Of a stretch of 58,766 bases of DNA, positions 9,225-19,419 are shown one piece after another. Location: contig CAYUXO010000003.1 of assembly GCA_964448865.1 (NCBI GenBank), positions 1 to 58,766 on the forward strand. Reading direction: 5' to 3'. How positions within the stretch are numbered: the stretch's first letter is position 1; the number at the start of each line of letters is the position of its first letter. A program made the position numbers and the translations under genes. This DNA comes from an uncultured Anaerolineales bacterium (GTDB lineage Bacteria; Chloroflexota; Anaerolineae; Anaerolineales; UBA11858). The notes beneath the pieces were generated by a model. That model was not told where the DNA came from and did no database searches. It worked only from the letters and a program-made list of their open reading frames with translations.

Positions 9225-10148
9225 ATGACGTCTTTTCTACAAAATCTAGTGAATGCGATGCAATGGGGCAGCTTTTACGCTCTAATTGCTTTAGGCTATT
9301 CAATGGTCTACGGTGTTTTAATGCTTTTCAACTTTGCGCATGGTGATATCTTCATGGTTGGTGCTTATATCGGCTTTTTTGTCTCTAGCGGGTTAATCGC
9401 ATTATCTGTCTTAGGTTCCTTAGTACTTCCCAATTGGTTGATCTTAGTATTAACAATTCTGATTGCTATGCTCCTGACTTCCTTTGTGGGGATGCTGGTA
9501 GAGAGAATTGGATATCGACCGTTGCGTGGCGCTCCGCGTGCTTCCGCGGCGATCACCGGCTTAATGATTGGTATTATCCTGGAAACCGGAAACCTTGCCT
9601 TATTCGGCGCAAAAAGGCTTGCTTTTCCTGCATTAATTGAATCGGTCACCTATAATATCGGTGGTGTCTTTATCACCAATAAAAAAGTATTGATAGTTAT
9701 TGTATCCTTGATGTTGATGCTTGGTCTTCATCTATTTGTTCAGCGCACCAAGTGGGGTATGGCGATGCGGGCAATGGCATATGATTATATCGTGGTGCCG
9801 CTAATGGGTGTTCCGCTCAACACCATAGCTGCTTTGACTTTCGCTATAGGTTCAGGTTTAGCCGCCGCGGCAGGGATACTCTTTGGTGTTGCATACCCGG
9901 TCCTTGATCCTTATATGGGGGTCTTGTTTGGGTGGAAAGCATTTGTTGCAGCCATCTTAGGGGGGCGAGGTTCAATTTTAGGGGCAGCATTAGCGGGTTT
10001 CATGCTGGGTTTCATAGAGATTTTTGTCGCGGCAGTTTTCCCCTCAACGCTGCGTGATCTGATTGCTTATTCCATCATTCTGCTTATCCTAACTTTCAGA
10101 CCGCACGGCTTCTTCGGCGAACCGTATAGTGCTCGTCTGAGGCTCTAA
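9225..10148 (+). CDS. livH: BCAA ABC permease
   Basis: YALIALGYSMVYGVLMLFNFAHG, KAFVAAILGG. Confidence 0.92.
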   Translation: MTSFLQNLVNAMQWGSFYALIALGYSMVYGVLMLFNFAHGDIFMVGAYIGFFVSSGLIALSVLGSLVLPNWLILVLTILIAMLLTSFVGMLVERIGYRPLRGAPRASAAITGLMIGIILETGNLALFGAKRLAFPALIESVTYNIGGVFITNKKVLIVIVSLMLMLGLHLFVQRTKWGMAMRAMAYDYIVVPLMGVPLNTIAALTFAIGSGLAAAAGILFGVAYPVLDPYMGVLFGWKAFVAAILGGRGSILGAALAGFMLGFIEIFVAAVFPSTLRDLIAYSIILLILTFRPHGFFGEPYSARLRL

Positions 10149-10168
10149 AAGGTAAACGAGGAATTAAT

Positions 10169-11506
10169 ATGGAAGAATCTATAGCTAAACCATCAACAAA
10201 CCGGAAACCTTGGGTAACGAAGTGGAAGCAATTCTGGAAGTCGTTCTCAGATGTGCCGATCTTAGGATGGTTAATCGCAATCCTGGTTGCCGTAGCTCTG
10301 GAACAATTAGTAGGTTCAGAGTTTGCCCGGTTATTAGGATTATCCAAAGTGCCTGTACTCTTTGGATTTGTAATTATTCTCGGAAAACCTAGTTTGATTC
10401 CGGTTACACTCATTTACCTACTCTTAATATACATCTTACCCATCGGAATCATAACTCAAGTTGGAAAATCCCTGGCCAATAAACTGGCAGGTTTTTTATT
10501 AAAATACCCGCTCTGGATATCAGCCTTGATCCATATTGGTTTGTTGTATCTTGTGCTGCATCTCTGGGCAGATGTGAGTGATTATCGCGATCTGGTGTTA
10601 AGGCTGACCTTGATTGCAATCATACTTACATTGAGTTTAAATATTGTTAATGGTTTCCTGGGCGAATTTTCCTGTTCGCATCCAGGATTCATGGCATTAG
10701 GAGCCTACGGAGCATCAGTCCTTACTGTCGTCTTGTTTGTGGATGATAAGGTATTTGGCTCACCCATGATTGCACCTAGCATTGGCCCATACTTGTTCCC
10801 AATTGTATTAATCTTGGGAGGATTTGTGGCAGCAATTGGAGCGCTGCTGGTTGCCATACCTTCGTTTAGAACACGGGGTGACTACCTGGCCATCATTTCT
10901 CTGGCTTTTTTGTTTATTGTGAAATCCCTTATTGAAAATCTGGAGATATTTGGCGGGGCTCGCGGTTTCATGAATCAGCCGAATTGGGCCAATCTGTCCA
11001 CTGTATTTGTGTGGACGATGTTGTGTATCTGGACTATCAACAACTTCGTCACCTCAACAATGGGTAAAGCGCTTAATGCGGTCCGTGATGAAGAAACCGC
11101 AGCAAATGCAATGACCGTAAATACCAGGCGTACGAAGATCATCGGTTTCATGTTTGCGGCGTTCTGGGCTGGAATTGCCGGAGGGCTTTTTGCCCATGTG
11201 ATGCGTTATGTCAATCCAAGCACTTTTGGAATCCAGAAACTTGCTGAAGTACTGGCAATGGTCTATTTTGGTGGGTTAAACTCCGTGGTCGGTTCAATTG
11301 TCGGCGCAGTGGGTTTTAACCTGCTAAGTGAAGCTTTGAGGCCTTTAGAGTTGTTCAAATGGATCATTATACCTTTACTGCTGATCCTGGTGATGCTTTA
11401 TCGCCCCACAGGACTTATCGCCTTCAGGGAATTTAATATCGCCAATCTTCTCAAACCAAAAGACACATCCGATGAAGAGGTGGAACATGCCATTACTTCA
11501 GATTGA
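10169..11506 (+). CDS. livM: BCAA ABC permease with N-terminal extension
   Basis: SLNIVNGFLGEFS, RTRGDYLAII, GKALNAVRDEE. Confidence 0.9.
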   Translation: MEESIAKPSTNRKPWVTKWKQFWKSFSDVPILGWLIAILVAVALEQLVGSEFARLLGLSKVPVLFGFVIILGKPSLIPVTLIYLLLIYILPIGIITQVGKSLANKLAGFLLKYPLWISALIHIGLLYLVLHLWADVSDYRDLVLRLTLIAIILTLSLNIVNGFLGEFSCSHPGFMALGAYGASVLTVVLFVDDKVFGSPMIAPSIGPYLFPIVLILGGFVAAIGALLVAIPSFRTRGDYLAIISLAFLFIVKSLIENLEIFGGARGFMNQPNWANLSTVFVWTMLCIWTINNFVTSTMGKALNAVRDEETAANAMTVNTRRTKIIGFMFAAFWAGIAGGLFAHVMRYVNPSTFGIQKLAEVLAMVYFGGLNSVVGSIVGAVGFNLLSEALRPLELFKWIIIPLLLILVMLYRPTGLIAFREFNIANLLKPKDTSDEEVEHAITSD

Positions 11507-12257
11507 GAAAATGACCCATTATTTTGGTGGTTTACGAGCTGTCCATGATTACAATCTGGAGATTAAACAGGGGCAAATTCGGGGACTGATTGGTCCAAAT
11601 GGGGCCGGCAAGACCACCATATTTAACCTGATCACAGGAATTTACTCCCCAACAGAAGGTCGTATCACTCTAGAGGGGAAAGATATAATCGGAATGCAGC
11701 CTTACCAGATTGCTTCACTTGGTTTGGGGAGAACTTTCCAAAACCTTCGCTTATGGCGGCATATGACTGTCTTAGAGCATGTCATGCTAGCCCGATATTC
11801 AAAACTTACCTATGGTGTTGTGGGTGCTTTACTTGGCACACCGAAAAGGCACAATCAAGAAGCCGAGAGTGAAAGAATAGCCTATGACCTCTTGGACTTA
11901 GTTGGCATTAAACATTTGGCAGACCAAGTCGTAATCAATCTCCCATACGGTGCCCAACGAAGAGTGGAGATAGCCCGGGCTCTAGCGATACAACCAAAAG
12001 TCCTCTTTTTAGATGAACCTACAGCCGGGATGAATCCTGAAGAGCTATCTCAAATCATGCAGACCATCCGCCAGATCCATAATGAACTCGATTTGACCAT
12101 ATTTCTCATCGAACACAGGATGAAATTTGTAATGGAACTTTGTGATATCATCCAAACCCTGGTATTTGGCGAGGTGATTGCTGAAGGGACTCCAGAAGCT
12201 ATCCAAAACAACCCAGAAGTAATAGATGCCTACTTAGGCAAGGAGATTGAGACCTGA
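11487..12257 (+). CDS. livG: BCAA ABC ATPase
   Basis: [31 protein letters not shown] 11487 after GAGGTGG. Confidence 0.93.
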   Translation: MPLLQIEKMTHYFGGLRAVHDYNLEIKQGQIRGLIGPNGAGKTTIFNLITGIYSPTEGRITLEGKDIIGMQPYQIASLGLGRTFQNLRLWRHMTVLEHVMLARYSKLTYGVVGALLGTPKRHNQEAESERIAYDLLDLVGIKHLADQVVINLPYGAQRRVEIARALAIQPKVLFLDEPTAGMNPEELSQIMQTIRQIHNELDLTIFLIEHRMKFVMELCDIIQTLVFGEVIAEGTPEAIQNNPEVIDAYLGKEIET

Positions 12258-12970
12258 TGTTATTATCTGTAAATAACTTGCGAGTTTCTTACGGAAATAT
12301 CAAGGCCCTTCATGGAATCAATTTCCACATCGATCAAGGAGAAATTGTGTGCATCATTGGCGCCAATGGTGCCGGTAAAAGCACAACCCTGCGCGCTGTT
12401 TCCCGCCTGATTCCAGTCGAAAAAGAAACCAGTATTACCTATATGGGGAAAGATTTATTAACATACTCAGCCGATAAGGTTGTGAGTGAATTAGGAATTT
12501 CTCATGTACCTGAAGGAAGGCGTCTCTTTGGTAACCTGACGGTGATGGAGAATTTAAAGCTGGCAACATTTTCCAGAAAAGACACTCAAAATATTGCCCA
12601 AGATGTTGAGCGTGTGTTCACCATATTTCCCCGATTAAAAGAAAGAATGACGCAGAAAGCTGGCACTTTGAGCGGTGGTGAACAGCAGATGCTGGCTGTT
12701 GGCCGGGCATTTATGAGCGGTCGAGAAGTTATGCTGCTTGATGAACCATCCATGGGATTGGCCCCATTATTAATGAAAGATGTTTTTGATGCATTACAAG
12801 AAATCAACCAGGAAGGGACTACAATCCTTCTGGTGGAGCAGAATGCCCGCATGGCGCTCAAATTTGCCCAGCGTGGTTATGTCTTGGAAACTGGAAATAT
12901 CGTCCTGGAAGGTAACTCGAAAGACTTATTGGAAGATCCCAAAGTAAAACAAGCTTATTTAGGTGCTTAG
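12257..12970 (+). CDS. livF: BCAA ABC ATPase
   Basis: GANGAGKST, HVPEGRR, LSGGEQQMLA, LDEPSMGLAP. Confidence 0.93.
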   Translation: MLLSVNNLRVSYGNIKALHGINFHIDQGEIVCIIGANGAGKSTTLRAVSRLIPVEKETSITYMGKDLLTYSADKVVSELGISHVPEGRRLFGNLTVMENLKLATFSRKDTQNIAQDVERVFTIFPRLKERMTQKAGTLSGGEQQMLAVGRAFMSGREVMLLDEPSMGLAPLLMKDVFDALQEINQEGTTILLVEQNARMALKFAQRGYVLETGNIVLEGNSKDLLEDPKVKQAYLGA

Positions 12971-12996
12971 ATAGTTTTACTTACCAGAAACAGTAT

Positions 12997-13042
12997 CGTA
13001 CCGGTCTCAGAAGAATCCCCCAGGAAATTTGAGATCGGTACG
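12997..13042. terminator. Hairpin between convergent livF and alr
   Basis: CGTACCGGTCTCA / TGAGATCGGTACG near-perfect inverted repeat. Confidence 0.55.
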
Positions 13043-13064
13043 TTCATTTCCAGGATAGAACCTG

Positions 13065-14162
13065 TTAATCATACAATCGGGGAACTCGAGGGCCAATTGC
13101 GCAGGTAACCTCGTAGTTGATTGTCCCCCAGGCCCGAGCAACATCTTCAGCTGAGATCAGCTCATCTCCTTGTCTGCCGATCAGAACTACCTCGTCACCT
13201 GCTTGGGATTCTGGGACCTGATCCAGTTGAACCAGGATTTGATCCATGGTCACCCGGCCAATAACCGGAACACGTTTCCCCCCCACAAGTACCTGATTCC
13301 CCCTCCACCTTCGAAATCCATCCGCGTAACCTACTGGGATGGTGCCTATCCTCTCATTTCTCTCTGTAACATATTCGTGCCCATAGCTTACTCCCCTGCC
13401 CGGAGGCAGTTTTTTAACCTGGCTGAGGATTGATTTCCAGGACAGCGCAGGGCGGAAAGCATCAGGAAGAGGACATTCAGCAGACGGGTGCAGTCCATAC
13501 ATCGCAATCCCAAACCGCACTAACGTGAGTGAGGTTTCCTCCCGTGTTAAACTGGCAGCTGAGTTTGCATGATGAACGATCGGTGGTCGAATTTGGTGTG
13601 AATCTAAATCAGATAAGACGCGCTGGAAACGATCCCACTGGAGATCAGCTGCCGTAGGATCAATTTCGTCCGCCCGAGCAAAGTGTGAGTATACCCCTTC
13701 AAATTGAATCCGGGGTGTTTTATTTAAGAACAGGGCTAAATCAAGGGCTTCTTCCGGCTGGATCCCTATCCGGCTCATTCCAGTATCTACTTTCAGGTGG
13801 ATTCGGGCTTTCCCCCCCACACTTTTAGCTGCAGCTGATAATAGGATTACTTGTTCCTGTTCCCAAACTGTCATCGAGACCTGATTAGAAATCATCTCTT
13901 CCAGATGCTCTTTCGGTGTGTAACCTAAAAGCAGGATCGGGCAGTTTATATCCGCGCGGCGAAGTTCCAAAGCTTCACTGAACCTGGCAACCCCACACCA
14001 GGTAGCTCCTCCGTCTAACGCAGCGCGAGCAACCGGGATAGTCCCGTGCCCGTATGCGTTTGCCTTTACAATCGCCATAACTTGAGATTGAGTATGCTCA
14101 AGAATGAACTTGACGTTATTCCGGATTGCGCTGGTGTCTATTATTACCCAATTAGAATACAT
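13065..14162 (-). CDS. alr: Alanine racemase
   Basis: VKANAYGHG PLP lysine, HLKVDTGMSRIG, SHFARAD, VSYG, GYADG, GRVTMDQ, TINYE. Confidence 0.95.
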   Translation of the reverse strand: MYSNWVIIDTSAIRNNVKFILEHTQSQVMAIVKANAYGHGTIPVARAALDGGATWCGVARFSEALELRRADINCPILLLGYTPKEHLEEMISNQVSMTVWEQEQVILLSAAAKSVGGKARIHLKVDTGMSRIGIQPEEALDLALFLNKTPRIQFEGVYSHFARADEIDPTAADLQWDRFQRVLSDLDSHQIRPPIVHHANSAASLTREETSLTLVRFGIAMYGLHPSAECPLPDAFRPALSWKSILSQVKKLPPGRGVSYGHEYVTERNERIGTIPVGYADGFRRWRGNQVLVGGKRVPVIGRVTMDQILVQLDQVPESQAGDEVVLIGRQGDELISAEDVARAWGTINYEVTCAIGPRVPRLYD

Positions 14163-15591
14163 AATGATTGTGGAATTTAATCCATTCAGGCAGGACTTGC
14201 TCTAGTAATTCCTTGGGAGGTAAAAAAGCTATTCGAAGATGATGGGTGCCTTCTTTCTGGCCAAATCCAGAGCCATTAACCGTACATAATCCTGTCTTTT
14301 CCAAAAGGGCCATGCAGTAATCAAAATCTGTTGTACCCTCAGGTAGAACATTCAGACGAGGGAATAAATATAAAGCCCCGGTTTTGCCAAAACATTCCAT
14401 GCCCTCCATTTCCGAAAAGGCTTCCCTGATCATGACCGCTTTCTCGTGGAGATCGCTTAAGATCTTATTCTTTTCTTCGATAAACCTTTGATAGGTTGTG
14501 CTGTTCTCGGGTGGTGGTTTTACCATAAGATACGTCAGCACCTGCCCAGGCGTGCTGGAACATAAACTGACAGAAGCCTGTTTATTGAGTAAGTCAGTAA
14601 AATTTAGGGAGGTGCCCTTAATGTTTGGTGGATTGCGCAGCTCAAGGTATCCCCCCCGGTGACCGCATTCTCCAAAGAATCCTTTGGAGATGCTATGCAG
14701 GCTTGCAAGTGCTACTGGTTCAGATCCAATTACCTTTGCAAAAGAAAGGAATTTTCCTTGGTAAATATTTTCCTGGTAAACCTCATCGGCTATGATCATC
14801 AGGTGATATTCCTGGGCAAATCCGATCACATCGATCATGCTTCGTTCATCTAAGACGGCGCCAGTTGGATTTCCTGGATTGATGACAACAATCCCTTTTA
14901 CGTTTACACCTTTCTTTTTTGCCTTTAAGATTGCTTCCTCCAGTATTGATCGATTGAAGATCCAACCCTGTTCTTCATCTGGGTAATAATTAATTTGAAC
15001 TCCTCCGACTCTTTTAATCGAGGAGGAATAAAGGGGATACTGTGGAATCGGGATCATAATCCCATCATTTTCTTTAGCAATCAGGAGATCGATGACAAAT
15101 TTGACTCCCTGGCTGGCTCCACTCGTTAGGAAAATGTTTTCAGGGTCCGCGCGGGTGCCATTGGAGTGTTCATAACCGTCTCGTTGATTTATAAAATCAG
15201 CGATTGCTTCACGGATAAAGAAATGTCCTTTGCTGGCTGTGTAAGCACCCATCCCTGTGACGCTTTTCGCGAGAATGTCTTCACTTAAAATCAGAATCTC
15301 TTCCGAAATAAAATCTTCCTCTACCAAATTACTATATGGGTTTTCCTCAAAAAGTGTTTTGAGTCGGCGCTCCCGAGATATTTTTGAGGGTTCTTCAACC
15401 AGGCCAAGGACCTGGCGCAGATAAGTTATTGGTGCTTGTCCAAGAGCTTGCGGATTTCCAATATGGCAGGGAATAATCGCCCTACCCTGTTTTTCAAGTT
15501 CAGCAGCCCTTTGTGGAATAGGACCCCTGACAGCATATTCCATTTGAAGGATATTTGGATTTACTGCGAACGGCTTTTTGTCAATTTTCAT
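14152..15591 (-). CDS. PLP-dependent alanine aminotransferase-like enzyme (class I/II)
   Basis: YAVRGPI, IGNPQ, PQYPLYS, INPGNPTG, ADEVYQEN, SISKGFFGECGHRGGY, GSGFGQKEGTHH. Confidence 0.9.
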   Translation of the reverse strand: MKIDKKPFAVNPNILQMEYAVRGPIPQRAAELEKQGRAIIPCHIGNPQALGQAPITYLRQVLGLVEEPSKISRERRLKTLFEENPYSNLVEEDFISEEILILSEDILAKSVTGMGAYTASKGHFFIREAIADFINQRDGYEHSNGTRADPENIFLTSGASQGVKFVIDLLIAKENDGIMIPIPQYPLYSSSIKRVGGVQINYYPDEEQGWIFNRSILEEAILKAKKKGVNVKGIVVINPGNPTGAVLDERSMIDVIGFAQEYHLMIIADEVYQENIYQGKFLSFAKVIGSEPVALASLHSISKGFFGECGHRGGYLELRNPPNIKGTSLNFTDLLNKQASVSLCSSTPGQVLTYLMVKPPPENSTTYQRFIEEKNKILSDLHEKAVMIREAFSEMEGMECFGKTGALYLFPRLNVLPEGTTDFDYCMALLEKTGLCTVNGSGFGQKEGTHHLRIAFLPPKELLEQVLPEWIKFHNHYVF

Positions 15592-15911
15592 TCAATTATT
15601 TCCTGATGAATAATCCTCTTCATCGATATCTCATTTATTATACTTGATACCACCTTATCAGTATTCTCCCGCCAAAATCTATGGTGTCCAAAGTATTAGA
15701 TCATCTATTTTGTATGTGCTTTGTATGGTTATAGCTTGAATTACAACACCATTTTATCGAATCGTTGACGATGTTGTCGACTGCCAGTTCTGGCAGCGAT
15801 CGTGGTCCATACTTTAGAATGTTAGCTGGTAGACTAACATTGTGATTAGATCAAAGAATGGGAGCAGACCAGGAAATATTGAATATTATGCCAAATAGGA
15901 GCTATTAGTAT

Positions 15912-16067
15912 ATCCGCCAGGTCGCAGGTTCGCCCCTCGGTCCTTACCTTCGGGATTCAAGGCGAAAAGGGATCATATCCCGCCATCGCCTGATCCATGT
16001 GCAGGAGCATATGGGATAGCGATGGGTGACCGGAATTTACCCTCGCTCTTAAATCCTGCCGGGCCCA
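15912..16067 (+). repeat. tRNA 3'-half copy C with 119-nt T-loop insert
   Basis: 156 bp identical to 7113-7268; ends CGGGCCCACC (near-CCA). Confidence 0.85.
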
Positions 16068-16124
16068 CCTTCCAACCCTTTATTTTTCCACTAAAACTGC
16101 ATATAGTACTAGAACTGATCATGT

Positions 16125-16149
16125 ATCCACCTGGTCGCAGGTTCGAATC
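16125..16149 (+). repeat. tRNA fragment copy D, uninterrupted T-loop
   Basis: ATCCACCTGGTCGCAGGTTCGAATC: same sequence with intact TTCGAAT. Confidence 0.7.
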
Positions 16150-16314
16150 ATATAAAGCAAATAATCAGAACTAACCGTTCTCTATAATAAAGGGCGGGTT
16201 TCCTTCGTTATTACAAAAATGATTTGCTTGACCTTCCAGGTTATGTTGTGTGTTGTACTTTATAGGCCTGGTGTATACTGGTTATTGACCTATTATCCTT
16301 GCACACAAAAACAA

Positions 16315-18012
16315 ATGATGTTCTTCTTTGAAAAGAGATTACTTACCATTCTTTGGAAGCTATATCTGGGGATATTGATCCTGCTTTATAGTATTGTCAT
16401 TAGCAGCACATTATTAGGGATCCTGGGTATTTTCAGATTCTGGTTTGCAATCTTTTCATGCATATCGATTTTTACTCTACTGATCTACACATGGAATAGA
16501 TCTGGCTGGATGTTTCCCAATATATACTCGGGAAAGATCAATTCAGATAATAATGAAAATCTAAATTTCCTGTCCCTAGTTGGTTATTTCTCTGCTGGTA
16601 TCTTGTCCTTATTAATTCTAATTCCAATCATGAATTGGCCAATGAGTGCCATTGGAAAAACTCTAAACGGAGATGCTGGTTTATATCATTTCCCTAAAGC
16701 AATAGAAATGTTGTTGACAGGATCAGTATGGGATTTCACCATACCCTATGCTGATTATCCATTTGGTTATGAGTCATTATTGAGTTTTACTCTTTTATTT
16801 ACTAAGCATGTGCCAGCTTTTTCGTTCGCCCATTTATTTGTCGCCATAATAACCATCCTCGGAAGCTGGTTTTTAACTCGAAAATATTCCAGGCTACCCT
16901 CAGGGATCATCTTATTAGGAATTGTTTTCCTGATCCTTTCGGGTTTTGTGAATGTACCTAATCCGTGGTACTTTCTGCACCACCTTCCCTATACTATAGG
17001 AAAAAACGATTTATTTCTTGCAGCTGCCACTATCTCGGCAATAGTATTTGTGCCTTTCCATAAAGATGAAAACAAAAGCACAAATTGGATTGGTTTAGGG
17101 CTTGCGTCTGGCCTGGCGATCAGTATAAAACCTAATAGTGTGCTGATTTTGGTATTTCTCTGGATCTATGCTTTGTTTTTCACAAATATTAAAAATACCC
17201 GAAAATCGACAATTGTGATAAGTTTGATTTTCGCTTCCCTTGGTGGTGGTTGGATCATCCGCAATCTGATCGGAATAAAACGACTGTTTCTTCCTCATGA
17301 AATTGCTAACCTAACTATCTGGGCAAATCTTAATAATCCTGGCTTTTTTCAGCAAATCCCAAATTCATTTAAATTTAGTCTTGTTCTGGGTCTAATTATT
17401 GTTATTCTCAGCTTTGTGAAGAACAGCCGGATAAGTAAATGGGACGTCTTACTGTTTGTTATTTCTCTGATCAGCTTTATGCTGACACCAGCTTCATCAA
17501 AATCCGATAATCCAGCAGGTGTCGTTTGGCGTTTTGGGTTGACTTTGCTATTTCTTCAGTTTGTGTATCTATTAGCTATTCTTGAGCCTGCACGTGAATA
17601 CATTCTTAATAAGATTACTCGTTCCAAAAAAGTAACTTGGATTATTTCAAGCCTCATTGTGGTAACCATGAGTGGTTTTTTTATTCTGCAGATCGATATT
17701 TTACGGTTAATGCCAGAGTATGCGAATTTACTCGAGCGACCATATACTGACTATGATTCGGAATATGCTAGCGTTTCCGATTATATAGATGAGCATATAC
17801 ACAACTCTGTGGTATGGATAGAGGGCACTCACAATTTTTTTGCTTATGATAAGGAATTTACAAACTCGATTACCAGGTCAAAAGAAGCTGACTATGTAGT
17901 TATTGTTTATGAATCCCCTGAGGAATTATGGTTCAACATCACACTCTGGGATCTTGTTTACCAGGACTCAAAGGGATATATATTCAAAAATCCCTCTTTA
18001 AAATCTGACTAA
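16315..18012 (+). CDS. Polytopic membrane protein, GT-C glycosyltransferase-like
   Basis: Many hydrophobic segments, DAGLYH...YPFGYE loop, KND and LAISIKPN motifs; AT-rich; start uncertain (16219 or 16315). Confidence 0.55.
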   Translation: MMFFFEKRLLTILWKLYLGILILLYSIVISSTLLGILGIFRFWFAIFSCISIFTLLIYTWNRSGWMFPNIYSGKINSDNNENLNFLSLVGYFSAGILSLLILIPIMNWPMSAIGKTLNGDAGLYHFPKAIEMLLTGSVWDFTIPYADYPFGYESLLSFTLLFTKHVPAFSFAHLFVAIITILGSWFLTRKYSRLPSGIILLGIVFLILSGFVNVPNPWYFLHHLPYTIGKNDLFLAAATISAIVFVPFHKDENKSTNWIGLGLASGLAISIKPNSVLILVFLWIYALFFTNIKNTRKSTIVISLIFASLGGGWIIRNLIGIKRLFLPHEIANLTIWANLNNPGFFQQIPNSFKFSLVLGLIIVILSFVKNSRISKWDVLLFVISLISFMLTPASSKSDNPAGVVWRFGLTLLFLQFVYLLAILEPAREYILNKITRSKKVTWIISSLIVVTMSGFFILQIDILRLMPEYANLLERPYTDYDSEYASVSDYIDEHIHNSVVWIEGTHNFFAYDKEFTNSITRSKEADYVVIVYESPEELWFNITLWDLVYQDSKGYIFKNPSLKSD

Positions 18013-18534
18013 GATCTCTCCCCCATTAACAAATTGTTTTCTATCTGTAATAATTTCGCTGACCAATCTTAATTGTTGTTGTAAATTTCCGATCGGATCC
18101 CTCTATAAAAACTTTGGAATACCTGGAGGCATTAATGGTATCTTTTGCATCTCTTAACTGGCTGGCAATCATATAAGGCACCGTCCTATCCAGAGTGCTG
18201 GGCACACTGTGGTATGGTCCGACAGTGTTGTTGGTTTTGTAAGACGTAAGTCGATTTGGAGCAGAATGCTTTAGTTATCTTGGATCATCCTAAATTTCAC
18301 TAGATATACAACGCCTTACAGCTTACAATTTACTGTACCCTGGCAGCTTACCTATCACAGTAATCTCCATATTAACCCTTCGAATGTTATCTTGTATAAT
18401 TCCAGCCCTAATTAGCAGTAAACTTAATCTAAGTCCACAGTAAACCCTCAGGTTCAATTTTTAGTTGTTGATATCAACGTGTTATCCGCATAGATCAAAT
18501 CAATATAGTATTGAAGGTAATGGTGTAATAGATT

Positions 18535-19419
18535 ATGAAGCAAACAATATCCATTCAAACCCAGGATCTGGATAAGAATTTTGGGCAGGTCGAGGCACTA
18601 AAGTCTGTTAACCTGAATATAGAAAGCGGTCAAATATTTGGGCTTTTAGGATCCAACGGCGCAGGGAAAACTACCCTTATTCGTTTGTTAATAGGCTCTA
18701 CCAAACCATCCTCCGGTCGTTTATCTGTGCTGGGTTTTGATCCCGTAAAACAGAAACGCGCCATACGCAAATTGATTGGTTACATGCCCCAGTCCCCGGC
18801 TTTATACGAAGACCTGTCCCCGATTGAGAACATCCGTTTCTTTGGTAAAGCCCATCGAATAAAAAATATCTCTCAACGTACAGAAGAGATTATTGCATTT
18901 GTGGGATTGACTGAAAGAGCGCGCGACCCGGTCTATAAGTTTTCGGGGGGAATGAAGCAGCGTGTATCATTGGCCTGTGCTTTGGTACACCAACCTAAAA
19001 TGCTGCTCTTAGATGAACCTACTTCAGGAATTGACCCGAAACTACGTGAATCCTTCTGGGAACATTTCCGGGAACTGAGTTCTAAAGGTGTCACAATTAT
19101 TGTAAGCACGCACCAGATGAACGAAGCCATGTACTGCGACAGACTTGCCATCTTGCATAAGGGAGCTTTACTGGCAGATGATACACCTCACCAATTGCTT
19201 TGGAACAACCGGGCCAGGATCAAAATCTGGCAAGGGGATCACTTGAATGAACAAGAGATCATGAATTATCCTGAGCAACTACCAAGGGAATTGCATTCAT
19301 TTGGGCTTGACACGACCATCAATCGGATCGAGATTGAAGAAGACACTCTCGAAACAATAGTGCTGGGTATGATCAACGATCATGAAGCACAGGATATAAA
19401 TGAGGCAAAATATGACTAG
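18535..19419 (+). CDS. ABC-2 type exporter ATPase
   Basis: GSNGAGKTT, FSGGMKQR, LDEPTSG. Confidence 0.9.
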   Translation: MKQTISIQTQDLDKNFGQVEALKSVNLNIESGQIFGLLGSNGAGKTTLIRLLIGSTKPSSGRLSVLGFDPVKQKRAIRKLIGYMPQSPALYEDLSPIENIRFFGKAHRIKNISQRTEEIIAFVGLTERARDPVYKFSGGMKQRVSLACALVHQPKMLLLDEPTSGIDPKLRESFWEHFRELSSKGVTIIVSTHQMNEAMYCDRLAILHKGALLADDTPHQLLWNNRARIKIWQGDHLNEQEIMNYPEQLPRELHSFGLDTTINRIEIEEDTLETIVLGMINDHEAQDINEAKYD

